Below, piece by piece: positions 9,933-20,200 of a DNA stretch of 64,000 nucleotides. Under the pieces are notes generated by a model. It was not told the origin of the DNA. It saw only the letters and a list, made by a program, of their open reading frames with translations, and made no database searches. A program made the position numbers and the translations under genes. Origin of the DNA: Syntrophales bacterium (GTDB lineage: Bacteria > Desulfobacterota > Syntrophia > Syntrophales > UBA4778). The first letter of the stretch is position 1. Each line of letters begins with the position of its first letter. The stretch lies in assembly GCA_963665615.2 (NCBI GenBank), contig CAXXQE010000007.1, positions 310,001 to 374,000 of the forward strand, written 5' to 3'.

Positions 9933-11607
9933 TTAAGCAATCTTGTACTGCCTGATCTCATTCGTCCTGGGATCGATGACGTGAACCGCGCAGGCCATGC
10001 AGGGATCGAACGAATGGATCGTGCGGATGATCTCCAGCGGCTGATCCGCCTTGGCGAGTTTCGTGCCGATCAGCGATTCCTCATAGGGGCCGCGTTTGCC
10101 GGCCTTGTCGCGGGGGGAACAGTTCCACGTCGAGGGTACGACGGCCTGGTAATTGGCGATCACGCCCTTGTCGATCCGGACCCAGTGCCCTAGGGCGCCG
10201 CGCGGCGGTTCGGTCATACCCCTGCCCTCGCAGGCCTTGCTCGGAATGTCGCACCGCGTCCAGGTTCGGGTATCGCCCTTCTTGACGTTGGCGATCAGAT
10301 CGCCCACCCAGACTTCGGTCTGATCCGCCACGAGCTTTGTCTCCAGCGCGCGCGCCGCGGTTCTCCCCAGCGTCGAGAAGAGCACCGTCGCCGGCAGCCC
10401 GGTCTTCTTGAGCGTCGCATCGATCAGGTCCTTGATCGGCTTGTTGCCCTGGGCATAGCCGACGATCAATCGTGCGAGCGGCCCCACCTCGTAAGGTTCG
10501 CTGTCATATCGCGGGGCTTTGCACCAGGTATACTTCTCGTTGCCCTTGAGATGGCCGTTGGCGTCATAGCCGGTGTAGTCGGGGTCGGTCGTACCCTTGT
10601 AGGGATGCAGCGGCTCCGTCCCCTTTGTACCAGGCATGCGTCACTTCTTCTGTGATCTTCGCTTCATCGAGCTTGTCGCACTTTGACAGATTGCGGTCTT
10701 TGACCACGCCGCGCGGGAAGAGCAGGTTGCCCTCGTCGTCCTGCGCGAATCCGCCGTAGGCCAGGTAGTTCTTCACCCCGCCGCCGATGCCCTTCAGACC
10801 TTCGTCCTTGTAATAGGCGGCGGCCAGGAGCACGTCGGGGAGATACGCCGTCTCGATAAATTTCTGCATTTCCTTGAGACGGAAGAGGTACTGCCCGATG
10901 CGCTCGGCGCTCAGGACATCCTGCACGGACGTGATGCCGCCGACGACGAGCGTCTGCGGGTGGGGATTCTTCCCGCCGAAAATCGCCATCATCTGGGCGC
11001 AAGTTTTGGATACCGCCAGGGCGTCCAGATAATGCGACAGGATGACCAGGTTGGCTTCCGGCGGGAGCTTATAGGATTTGTTGCCCCAATAGGCATTGGC
11101 AAAGGGGCCGAGGCGACCGGACTTGACGAACTTGGACAGCCGGTCCTGAACGGCCTTGTAGTGCGTCGCCGAGCAGTTGTACGGATCAGGCGAGTAGGCC
11201 CTGGCCAGGTCGACGGCCTTCTTGGGATCTGCGGACAGGGCGCTCACCACGTCGATCCAGTCCATGCCGTGGAGATGGTAGAAATGCATGATGTGGTCAT
11301 AGATGTACTGTGCGCCGTGGATCAGATTGCGCACGATCCGGGCGTTGGGCGGCACCTTTACGCCGATGGCATCTTCAACGGCCATGGTGCTCGCCTCGTA
11401 ATGCGCATAGGTGCAGACGCCGCAGAACCGCTGCACGATCAGACCGGCATCGCGGGGATCGCGCCCCTTCAAAATGGTCTCGATGCCGCGCCACAGCGTA
11501 ATGCTGCTCCAGGCATCCTTGATCACGTTCTTCTCATCGACTTCGACTTCTATTCTTAAATGACCTTCAATTCGGGTGATCGGGTCAACAATGATGCGCT
11601 TAGTCAT
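9933..11607 (-). CDS. Group 1 [NiFe]-hydrogenase large subunit, split by a +1 frameshift at 10620-10623
   Basis: L1 QRFCGVCTYAH in ORF 10564-11607 and L2 SFDPCMACAVH plus cleavable tail in ORF 9933-10637. Removing one G gives ...HAWYKG-TEPLHPY... Confidence 0.93.
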
Positions 11608-12859
11608 GTTTCGCCTCCTGGTTCATCTGGTCGTTATCGTGTGAATGACCGGCCTCGTCGCAACAATCAGACGAACCGCAGCAGCGGTGCCTGAGACCGG
11701 TTGCCAGACCATGTGCGGCCACGCCGGCCACCGTGAGGCCCGTCAGAACAGCGCCGACCGTATCGACCGTGCGCTCTCCGCCGCCACCGGCGACGGCGAC
11801 ATCCCCATCGTGAATCGGCTTTTCCAGGGGCGCCATTTTGTCCCAGAATCCCGGCTCCGTACACCCGATGCAGCCATGTCCGCCCATGATCGGCCACGAC
11901 ACGCCGTCATTGAAGCGAACCCGGCCGCAATTGGCGTAGGTATAGGGCCCCTTGCAGCCGACCTTGTAGAGGCACCAGCCCTTCTTGGCCCCCTCGTCGC
12001 CCCACTCCTCGACGTACTCGGAGGCGTCATAGTGAGGACGCCTCTCGCAGACATCGTGAATGCGCTTGCCATAGGCCCACAGGGGTCTACCGAAGCCGTC
12101 CACCGGCGGCAGGGCGCCGAACATGATGTAGTGCAGAATCGACCCGACAAAGTTGATCGGGTTCGGAGGACATCCCGGAATATTGAGGGTCGAAATGCCG
12201 AAGGCGTCGTGAATGCCTTTGGCATCGGTCGGATTCGGATGCGCCGATACGATATTGCCGAAGGCCGAGCACGATCCGATGCAAATCACCGCCGCAGCCT
12301 TTGAACAGACCTCTTTGGAGATCTCGATGCCCGTCTTGCCCTTGGGGCCGAGCCGCATGTAATTGCCTTCGAGACCCATCGGCAACGCCCCTTCGATGAC
12401 GCAGATAAACTTCTTGTGGAAATCTATAACCGCCTTCTCGAGGTTTTCTTCGGCCTGATAACCGGCGGCCGCCATCAGCGTCTCGTGATACTCGAGTGAA
12501 ATGGTCTCCAGCAGAATGTCATCGACGTTGGGATAGGACGTGCGGAGGAATGCCTCGCTGCACCCGGTACATTCAGCATAATGGAGCCACACAACGGGAA
12601 TGCGGCTGAAGTTTTCTGCGGCCCGAGCCACCAGCGGTTTGAACATCGGCGGCAACATCAGCGCTGCGGTCATGACGGAGGTCCACTTCAGAAAGTCCCG
12701 GCGGCTGACCCCCTTTTCCTTCAATACGTCCTGCAACGCTTCGCGAGGCGGAGGCATTTCCCTTTCCACCTTTTCGATGTTCTCCTCGCACATCGCCATT
12801 AATTCTTTATACTGCTTCTCTATTTTCTTTTGATATTCCTTATCGTGACTCGATGCCAT
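11600..12859 (-). CDS. [NiFe]-hydrogenase small subunit with Tat signal and C-terminal membrane anchor
   Basis: SRRDFLK Tat motif, AECTGCSE, PGCPP, HDVCERR, CLYKVGCKGP, GHGCIGC, C-terminal TM helix with AAH. Confidence 0.96.
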   Translation of the reverse strand: MASSHDKEYQKKIEKQYKELMAMCEENIEKVEREMPPPREALQDVLKEKGVSRRDFLKWTSVMTAALMLPPMFKPLVARAAENFSRIPVVWLHYAECTGCSEAFLRTSYPNVDDILLETISLEYHETLMAAAGYQAEENLEKAVIDFHKKFICVIEGALPMGLEGNYMRLGPKGKTGIEISKEVCSKAAAVICIGSCSAFGNIVSAHPNPTDAKGIHDAFGISTLNIPGCPPNPINFVGSILHYIMFGALPPVDGFGRPLWAYGKRIHDVCERRPHYDASEYVEEWGDEGAKKGWCLYKVGCKGPYTYANCGRVRFNDGVSWPIMGGHGCIGCTEPGFWDKMAPLEKPIHDGDVAVAGGGGERTVDTVGAVLTGLTVAGVAAHGLATGLRHRCCGSSDCCDEAGHSHDNDQMNQEAKHD

Positions 12860-12936
12860 AGCTCCCCCTTCTCAATGTAAACCCTCAAAAACAGTCACTT
12901 AGAAGTTAGATGGTAAGACAAATGACGCAGTAAACT

Positions 12937-12950
12937 TGGTATGCATACCA
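12937..12950. promoter_or_regulatory. Perfect 14-bp palindrome, candidate operator upstream of the hydrogenase operon
   Basis: TGGTATGCATACCA, with related TGGTAAGACAA at 12911-12921. Confidence 0.45.
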
Positions 12951-13045
12951 TAAAAGACCGGCAGGTGTAAAAAGGATTTCGCACTTTGGGGCGCAGGAAA
13001 TTTACATAGAAAAATCGAAGCCATCGAGATCTCCCTGAGATCGAC

Positions 13046-14101
13046 TTACAATATTCTGTACTCGGCCCCATCACATGCGATGTCATGGTATTGCCCACGA
13101 TGAAACAGAAAATGGATGGAATCCAGATCGTGGAAATCAAAGGCGCCTGTTCCGGCAGCCATGCGTATCGCTGCCGACAAACCAGTCATCGTCTCCGTCA
13201 TGCATCCGATCATGAGTTTGAGGCCGTGGCGTCGTGCCTCTTTCAAAATCTGCTTGGATTCCGTAATGCCGCTTTTGGCCACCTTAATATTGACGCCGTC
13301 ACAGGCGTCTTCGGAGATCGCACGTTGAAGATCCTCCGGCGATTGAACACCTTCATCGAGAATAATAGGAACCGAGGTCGCCTTTCTGATTTCGCGGTGC
13401 CCCGCATAGTCGTGCTTCGGCAAAGGCTGCTCCACCAGCTCGATCGGTAGCGCCTTTTTGTCACAGGCCGTCATAAATTTTATAAATGATTGGGGATTGT
13501 AACCCTGGTTTGCATCGATGCGGAACAAATAAGGCTGTCCCGATTCTTTCAGATAAGCATCTATCGTATTGATATGGCAAATATCCTGTTCGAGTTCTCC
13601 GCTTGTCTTGACCTTGAATTCGGAAAACCCTTCCCGAGCAATCACGGAGAGCCATCTCATCAACAAGTCCTGCCGACGGGTAAAGGGAATCGTGATATCG
13701 CTTCGACACGTTAAACACTCGCCGCCCCAGAACCGCCACTCATCCAGTCCCCGGCAGGCGAGCGAGGCGCGGAACAGGGCCACTTCCACGCCCGATAGTG
13801 TCATCCTCAAAGCCGGGAAACGCTCACGAAGCCCCCGGATCAGGTCCGGATAGTCCTCGACAGAAGTCCCCATGAGGGCGGCTTTAAAAATGGGAAATAC
13901 GCCTCTGATCGCTTCGAGCGTCTCGCAAGGGTAGGCAAAACTCGTCGGAATCTCGCCCCATCCTTCCTCGCCGCCGTTGAGGCGAACGCGCACCATGATG
14001 CTGTCAATCGCCGTCTTACTTCCGAGCGCCGTTTCAAAGATCACACGAAGCGGTCGTCGAATATGCTTGAACGTTATCTGGCAGATATAGCCCATTTGCA
14101 C
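13046..14101 (-). CDS. Dipeptide epimerase (L-Ala-D/L-Glu epimerase, enolase superfamily)
   Basis: KVK, RIDANQGY, VEQP, ILDE, NIKVAKSG, GCMTE, DLD motifs. Confidence 0.88.
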   Translation of the reverse strand: MQMGYICQITFKHIRRPLRVIFETALGSKTAIDSIMVRVRLNGGEEGWGEIPTSFAYPCETLEAIRGVFPIFKAALMGTSVEDYPDLIRGLRERFPALRMTLSGVEVALFRASLACRGLDEWRFWGGECLTCRSDITIPFTRRQDLLMRWLSVIAREGFSEFKVKTSGELEQDICHINTIDAYLKESGQPYLFRIDANQGYNPQSFIKFMTACDKKALPIELVEQPLPKHDYAGHREIRKATSVPIILDEGVQSPEDLQRAISEDACDGVNIKVAKSGITESKQILKEARRHGLKLMIGCMTETMTGLSAAIRMAAGTGAFDFHDLDSIHFLFHRGQYHDIACDGAEYRIL

Positions 14102-14749
14102 TCAATCTTTCAGGACAATGCCGTAGTCGCGCACCAGTGTTTTTCTCAGTCGATCCATAAAAACCTGTCCGGGATCTTGCTTGTTCGTAAAGGCATAGGC
14201 AGGGTCGCATTCAAGCAGAAGCTGATAATGCGGTCGATCGCGATCCATGTATTCATGGTGCCCGATCAAGTACTCAATCGTCGGATGCCTTTTGAGCAAG
14301 ACATCGATAAGATAGGCGTCCGCTGCTACCTGATGGCGCGTCAAATGCGCCTGATTGCGCCCGGCGTTTTCAAGAGACAGCGCCACATGATTGAAGCCGA
14401 TGGTATGGCGCGCTATCACATGATCATCCATCAACTGGAAAATATCGCCATTGCGGTCTATGAGATAATGCGTGCCGACATTCAGCGTTCCGCCACTGGC
14501 AATATCTTCCCGAATCCCGGAAAGCTCATCGGGAAGCATAAATTCAAAAGCCTCCGCCAGCGTCTCGAATGCCGTATAATGAACGACGATCATTTTGGGC
14601 TCGAACAATTCCCAGCTGTTCCGGCCATAATGGATTCGGGCATATTCTTTTGTGAGCGACAACCGACGCTCGGATTGAATGGACCGGGTGCTGATGGGGT
14701 ACTCTCGACAGGGCATGACCATAGCGCCTTTCATTTCTTTCATTGACAT
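14102..14749 (-). CDS. N-acetylmuramoyl-L-alanine amidase (Amidase_2/PGRP-like)
   Basis: IVVHYT, THYLIDRNG, ARHTIGFN, LIGHHE, KQDPG; start uncertain. Confidence 0.85.
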   Translation of the reverse strand: MSMKEMKGAMVMPCREYPISTRSIQSERRLSLTKEYARIHYGRNSWELFEPKMIVVHYTAFETLAEAFEFMLPDELSGIREDIASGGTLNVGTHYLIDRNGDIFQLMDDHVIARHTIGFNHVALSLENAGRNQAHLTRHQVAADAYLIDVLLKRHPTIEYLIGHHEYMDRDRPHYQLLLECDPAYAFTNKQDPGQVFMDRLRKTLVRDYGIVLKD

Positions 14750-14902
14750 CAACGCATAGCGGATAAGCCGATCACATTCAACCGAAATGTGACCGGCACT
14801 ACTGATAAAGTGAAAGAAAATTGACAAAATTCAAAAATTTATATATGAATATGGCAAGTTAGTCGTTATTCTCTTCAACTTTCCTCAGTAAGGGATGCGA
14901 AG

Positions 14903-15292
14903 ATGGGAGACGTGGTCATCGAATCGGGACATGGGAGCACTTCCCTGGTCATTTCGGGAGCGCAGCGCAGCCCGATCGCGGAGCGTCAAGCCTACTTCGA
15001 CAATACGCTTCAATCCGCCCCGCCCTCGACGGACACGCTAACCGGCGCCATCGAGGACACCATCAGCATCAGTGTGGCTGCCAGAGAACTGAACGCCTCC
15101 GTTAGCCCCGCCGGTGAGGCCTCATCAGCAACGTCTCTCAACCAGCCGAACGGAATCGGCAACTCCTTCTTAAGGGTCTATGCCCAGGCCCGTCAATTGC
15201 TGTCTTCGGATACAGATACGTTTGACGTACGCGAAAACTATTTGGATCATATCTCCCTGAGCTTCGAAGCCCTGTCCCTGTCGCGGGAATGA
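14903..15292 (+). CDS. Hypothetical protein (129 aa)
   Basis: ATG with AAGGGA upstream; preceded by TTGACA at 14821 and an AT-rich spacer. Confidence 0.55.
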   Translation: MGDVVIESGHGSTSLVISGAQRSPIAERQAYFDNTLQSAPPSTDTLTGAIEDTISISVAARELNASVSPAGEASSATSLNQPNGIGNSFLRVYAQARQLLSSDTDTFDVRENYLDHISLSFEALSLSRE

Positions 15293-15415
15293 TATCCGAC
15301 GTCCCTTATCCACAGCGCCTCAGCCAAGCCGTAAACAGAGTCTTTACTATGTTTTATATTGACAGAGCTAAAATGGCTAAGATAAAGTTCTGCCATACTT
15401 TATAGGAGGACATCG

Positions 15416-16720
15416 ATGATCTTCAACGAAGAATTCGAAACGCTACCCAGGGAAGTGCTTGAAGCCCTTCAACTCAAAAGATTACAACAAGTTGTCGATC
15501 GCGTCTATCATACCGTCGGCTTCTATCACAAGCTCTATGACGATGCCGGCATCAAGCCGGAAGATATCAAATCCCTCTCCGATCTGCAGAAGCTCCCCTT
15601 TACAACAAAAAATGATATCCGGGACAACTATCCCTTCGGTCTTTTTGCCGTCCCCATGAGCAATATCGTCCGGCTGCATGCCTCTTCCGGCACTACCGGT
15701 AAAGCGACCGTTGTCGGCTACACCAAGCGCGATATCGAGACCTGGTCGGATCTCGTCGCCCGGTGTTTTGTCTCGGCGGGACTGACGAAGAACGACATTA
15801 TCCACAACGCATTCGGTTATGGCCTTTTCACCGGTGGACTCGGTATTCACTACGGCGCCGAAAAAATTGGCGCCAGCGTCATCCCGATGTCCGGCGGAAA
15901 TACCAAGCGACAGATTTCCATCCTCCAGGATTTCGGACCGACAGCGCTTTGCTGCACCCCATCCTATGCGCTGACTCTAGCGGAAACAGGCGAGGAACTT
16001 GGCGTCGACATGAAGTCTCTCAGGCTCCGCGTCGGCATCTTTGGAGCTGAACCATGGAGCAACAACACTCGGGACAAAATTGAAGATAAGCTGAATCTGA
16101 CGGCGCTTAACATTTACGGACTGTCGGAAGTCATCGGCCCCGGCGTATCTATGGAATGCCTGGAGGGCCGCAACGGTCTTCACATCTTTGAAGACCATTT
16201 CCTCGTCGAAACGATCAATCCGCAAAGCGGCGAGGTTTTGCCGCCGGGCGAACCCGGTGAACTCGTCTTTACGACACTGACCAAAGAAGCGTTCCCCTTG
16301 GTGCGATACCGAACGCGCGACCTGTCGCGTCTAATGCTGGAACCGTGCCGGTGCGGACGAACCTTCTTGAGGATGGAGCGCGTATCGGGCCGCAGCGACG
16401 ACATGTTGATTATCCGCGGTGTCAACGTCTTTCCGTCTCAAATCGAGAGTATCCTAAACAGTATTGAAGGCCTGGAACCCCGCTACCAACTCATCGTCGA
16501 TCGCACCGGAACCCTGGATACCCTGTCCATCCACGTGGAAGTGAGCGAACGCATCTTCTCCGATGAGATCAAAGTCATGCAAGGCATCGAGAAAAAGATC
16601 GCAAAGGACGTCAAGGACTATCTCGGCATCACGGCGGACATCAAGCTCGTCGAGCCGAAACAATTGCAGCCAGCGGACGGCGGAAAATTTCAGAGAGTCA
16701 TCGATAAACGAAGCCTCTAA
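15416..16720 (+). CDS. paaK: Phenylacetate--CoA ligase
   Basis: [58 protein letters not shown]. Confidence 0.93.
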   Translation: MIFNEEFETLPREVLEALQLKRLQQVVDRVYHTVGFYHKLYDDAGIKPEDIKSLSDLQKLPFTTKNDIRDNYPFGLFAVPMSNIVRLHASSGTTGKATVVGYTKRDIETWSDLVARCFVSAGLTKNDIIHNAFGYGLFTGGLGIHYGAEKIGASVIPMSGGNTKRQISILQDFGPTALCCTPSYALTLAETGEELGVDMKSLRLRVGIFGAEPWSNNTRDKIEDKLNLTALNIYGLSEVIGPGVSMECLEGRNGLHIFEDHFLVETINPQSGEVLPPGEPGELVFTTLTKEAFPLVRYRTRDLSRLMLEPCRCGRTFLRMERVSGRSDDMLIIRGVNVFPSQIESILNSIEGLEPRYQLIVDRTGTLDTLSIHVEVSERIFSDEIKVMQGIEKKIAKDVKDYLGITADIKLVEPKQLQPADGGKFQRVIDKRSL

Positions 16721-16731
16721 GGAGACATGCA

Positions 16732-17163
16732 ATGAAAGTAGAACAATTATCCCTCTTTCTTGAAAACAAACCGGGAACGATGGTCAAGGCCACCAAGGTC
16801 CTGAGCGAAGCCAAGATCAACATACGCGCCCTCTTCCTTGCCGAAACGTCTGATTTCGGCATTCTGCGGCTGATCGTCAATGACGTTGATGCAGCCAAAG
16901 CCGTCCTTCAAAACCAGGGCTTCATTGTTAGAAAAACAGAGGTGTTGGCCGTCGAAGTGCCCGATACCCCCGGCGGCCTGAACAACATCCTGGAGACCCT
17001 GTCGGAAAAGGCGGTCAATGTTGAATACATGTATGCCTATGTCGAAAAAAGCGGTGAAAACGCCATTATCATCATTCGCTGCGACCCGATCGACGTCGGC
17101 ATTGCTGCGCTTCAGAATAACGGCTTTACGGTTCTGCCGGGTGAAAAGGTCTACGGTATGTAG
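16732..17163 (+). CDS. Tandem ACT-domain protein
   Basis: QLSLFLENKPG, DFGILRLIV, VPDTPGGL, VNVEYMYAY; usual paaK partner. Confidence 0.9.
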   Translation: MKVEQLSLFLENKPGTMVKATKVLSEAKINIRALFLAETSDFGILRLIVNDVDAAKAVLQNQGFIVRKTEVLAVEVPDTPGGLNNILETLSEKAVNVEYMYAYVEKSGENAIIIIRCDPIDVGIAALQNNGFTVLPGEKVYGM

Positions 17164-17202
17164 AGAATCAGTTTTCGTTTTGCAGTTGGCCGTCGTCAGT
17201 TG

Positions 17203-17246
17203 AAAAAAAATCGGCGCCCTCTTTTTCGGAAGGCGCCGATTTTTTT
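17203..17246. terminator. Bidirectional intrinsic terminator
   Basis: A8-TCGGCGCC...GGCGCCGA-T7 between convergent genes. Confidence 0.9.
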
Positions 17247-17283
17247 AACTCCGAACTCTAGACCCTGAACGCAAAACTATTGT

Positions 17284-20200
17284 TTACCCCCACAAAGCCA
17301 GTCCGAGTTCCTGCTTGCCGAAAAGACTCTTATTGAACGGAACGATTCGGATGCCATAGGAATACTGGCCGCTCTCCTCGACCTGATACTCGCACGACAT
17401 TTTCAAAACCCCTCCATCCATGCTGCCGTCGACATGAAGCGGAATGATACTTGGAATTTTAATAAAATCATGGCCGTCGATCTTGCCGATGACCAGCTCC
17501 GCCTTGATCTCATCAGGTTCCATGCTGCCCGGATTGATGCGAACGTTCACAACGAAAGGTTCGCCGACCTGTATGGCGTCGCCGTGAATCCCCTCGAAAA
17601 CGACATCGATCAGCTTAAGAGACGAAAAACGAACCGGCACTCTCAGCTTCCACTCCGATAGCCCCTTGGCAAGCGCATAGTCTTTAGACTCCAGCTCGGC
17701 TTTGCGCAGCGCCGTTGGAACATACATCCCGGCAAGGTACTGCCGAACCATTCTGTCTGCATTGAATTGAGGTATCAGTTTGGACATGGACTCTTTTACC
17801 ATTCGGAGCCATTGTTTCGGAATTCCACTCGTATCCCGATCATAGAAGAGAGGTACAGCCGATTCCTCAATGAGTTCATACAGAGACTGCGCGTCGTGCT
17901 CATCTGCAACCGCGGTATCGTCAAATTCAGCCTGATTCTCAACTTCGTGACCAACCGTCCAGCCATTGGTCCCGTCATAGCCCTCCGGCCACCAACCATC
18001 CGAAACACTCATGTTGAGACCGCCGCTGATGACGATCTTTTGACCGCTGGTTCCACAAGCCTCATAAGGTCGGCGCGGCGTATTCAACCAGACATCCACA
18101 CCTTGCAACAGATGCCGGGCGGTATGAAGATCGTAATCTTCGATAAAAAAGATGCGCCCAATAAACCGCTTGTCCTTACAGATATCGACGACGCGCTTGA
18201 TCAGATCGATCCCCATCTTGTCGCTCGGATGCGATTTTCCGGCAAAGATGAAATGAACCGGGTGTCGCTCGCTGTTGACAATGCGATCGAGACGATCGAG
18301 ATCAGAAAAGAGAAGGTAAGCTCGTTTATACGGTGCAAAGCGTCTTGCAAAACCGATCATCAGCGCCCCGGGGTTGATTTTGGCGATAATTTCCTCACGA
18401 AGGCTCCTGGAGTCGTATTTCACCCATTGCTTGGTTACGCTTTGAATCAGGAAGTTGATCAGATTGAACTTGAGACTGGTCTTGATGCGCCAGAGAATCG
18501 GGTCCGGAATATTGTGAATCCGTTTCCATTTTTCAGGATCCGACAGATTCTTCTCCCAATCCGGTCCGATATAACCGTTCAACATCTCCCGAACCTGAGG
18601 CGCAATATAGGACTGTAAATGAACGCCATTGGTGATATACCCGATCGGAACGTCTGAATAATGGAACCCCTTCCAGACGCCGGCCCACATCCTTCTGGCC
18701 ACATCGCCATGCAATTTGCTGACGGCGTTACTGGCATTCGAGCATTTCAGTCCAAGAACCGTCATGTAAAACGGCTTATCCTCCCCCATCTCCTTTCGCC
18801 CCAGATCCCAGAATTGTTGGGGCGTGATTCCCCATCGTTTCATGAAACTGGAAAAGTAGTATTCGACGACATCCCGGCTAAAACGCTCATTGCCGGCATC
18901 GACCGGCGTGTGCGTCGTAAAGACAGTGCAACCCCGCGCCGCTTCTTTGGCCGCATCAAAAGAAAGTCCCTCATCCAGAATTAACTGGTTGATCAACTCG
19001 AAGATGAGGAACGCCGAGTGTCCCTCGTTGATGTGATAAACACTCGGTTTGATACCGAGCTTTTTCAGCAATTTGACGCCGCCCATGCCGAGTAAAATCT
19101 CCTGTTCGATGCGAACTCGAGGGTCGTCCGCATAGAGATGGGAGGTAATTTGGCGGTCCTGAACGGTGTTGCGCGGGACATCCGTATCCAGGAGATACAA
19201 CGTCACCCGCCCGACTTTGACTTCCCAGATATTCGCAAAAAGCGTTCTACCGGGAAGCTCAATAGCCAGTTGCACATCGTTTCCACGGTCATCCTGAACG
19301 ATCTGCACCGGCATGTTGGAGAAGTCGCTCTCAGGATACTCAGCAATCTGCCAGCCGTTTTTGTCGATTCTCTGGTGAAAGTAACCATGCTTATAAAGCA
19401 GGCCCACCCCGACCATGGGTAGCTTCAAATCACTGGCGGCCTTGAGCAGATCGCCTGCCAACACGCCTAGACCGCCGGAATAGATGGGAAGGCTTTCATG
19501 AATGCCGAATTCCGGCGAGAAATAGGCAACCGGCGAGGCCCACTTGATCGGGTCATACTCGTTTTTCGTACTGGTTCTCTCGCCCAGGTATTGATCGAAC
19601 TCTTCGAATATCTTTCGATACAGGTTTCTGTAACCGTCATTTTCCGAGGCCTCTTTCAGACGGTCGGATGAAACGGCTTCGAGCATCTGAACAGGATTAT
19701 GACCCGATTCGATCCACAAGCCCGGATCGAGATACATGAAGAGCTCCAAGGCTTGTGGATTCCATGTCCACCAGAAATTGTAGGCGAGCTCCCTGAGCCT
19801 GCTGATTTTTGGCGGCAGGTGCACAACGGCCGTAAAGGTGTGAAAACGCGGTTGAACCGAAGCTGATCCGGCAAACGTTCTTTTAACCCGGTCTCGGTAC
19901 TCGGCCGTTGCCAACATGGACATCCGGCTCTGGGCCACCGTTAACGCCTTGTTATAGGCCTCAAGGTATTCCTTATAGAAGCCGCGCCACCCCGCGTCTT
20001 CAGCGACTTTTCGAGCACTGACACGACGCTTGATAAACTCTTCCTCGCTCCACGAAAACATATCCTTCATCATATCGCAGAGGGAGTCGGAAACGACCTG
20101 AGGAGAAAGTCCCTGCCGGTTCAGGATCAGGACGCCCCTGTTGTCTCCCTTACGAGCGAGAACCCATCTACCGAATCCGGCCAACTCCGTCGTAACGGTC

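Noticed and set aside
9985..10015. Selenocysteine ([NiFeSe]) hydrogenase
   Set aside because: The L2 motif is DPCMAC with ordinary Cys codons; the split is a frameshift, not an in-frame TGA.
15306..15314. Perfect DnaA box TTATCCACA
   Set aside because: Single copy, with no box cluster, unwinding element or dnaA/dnaN nearby; not an origin.
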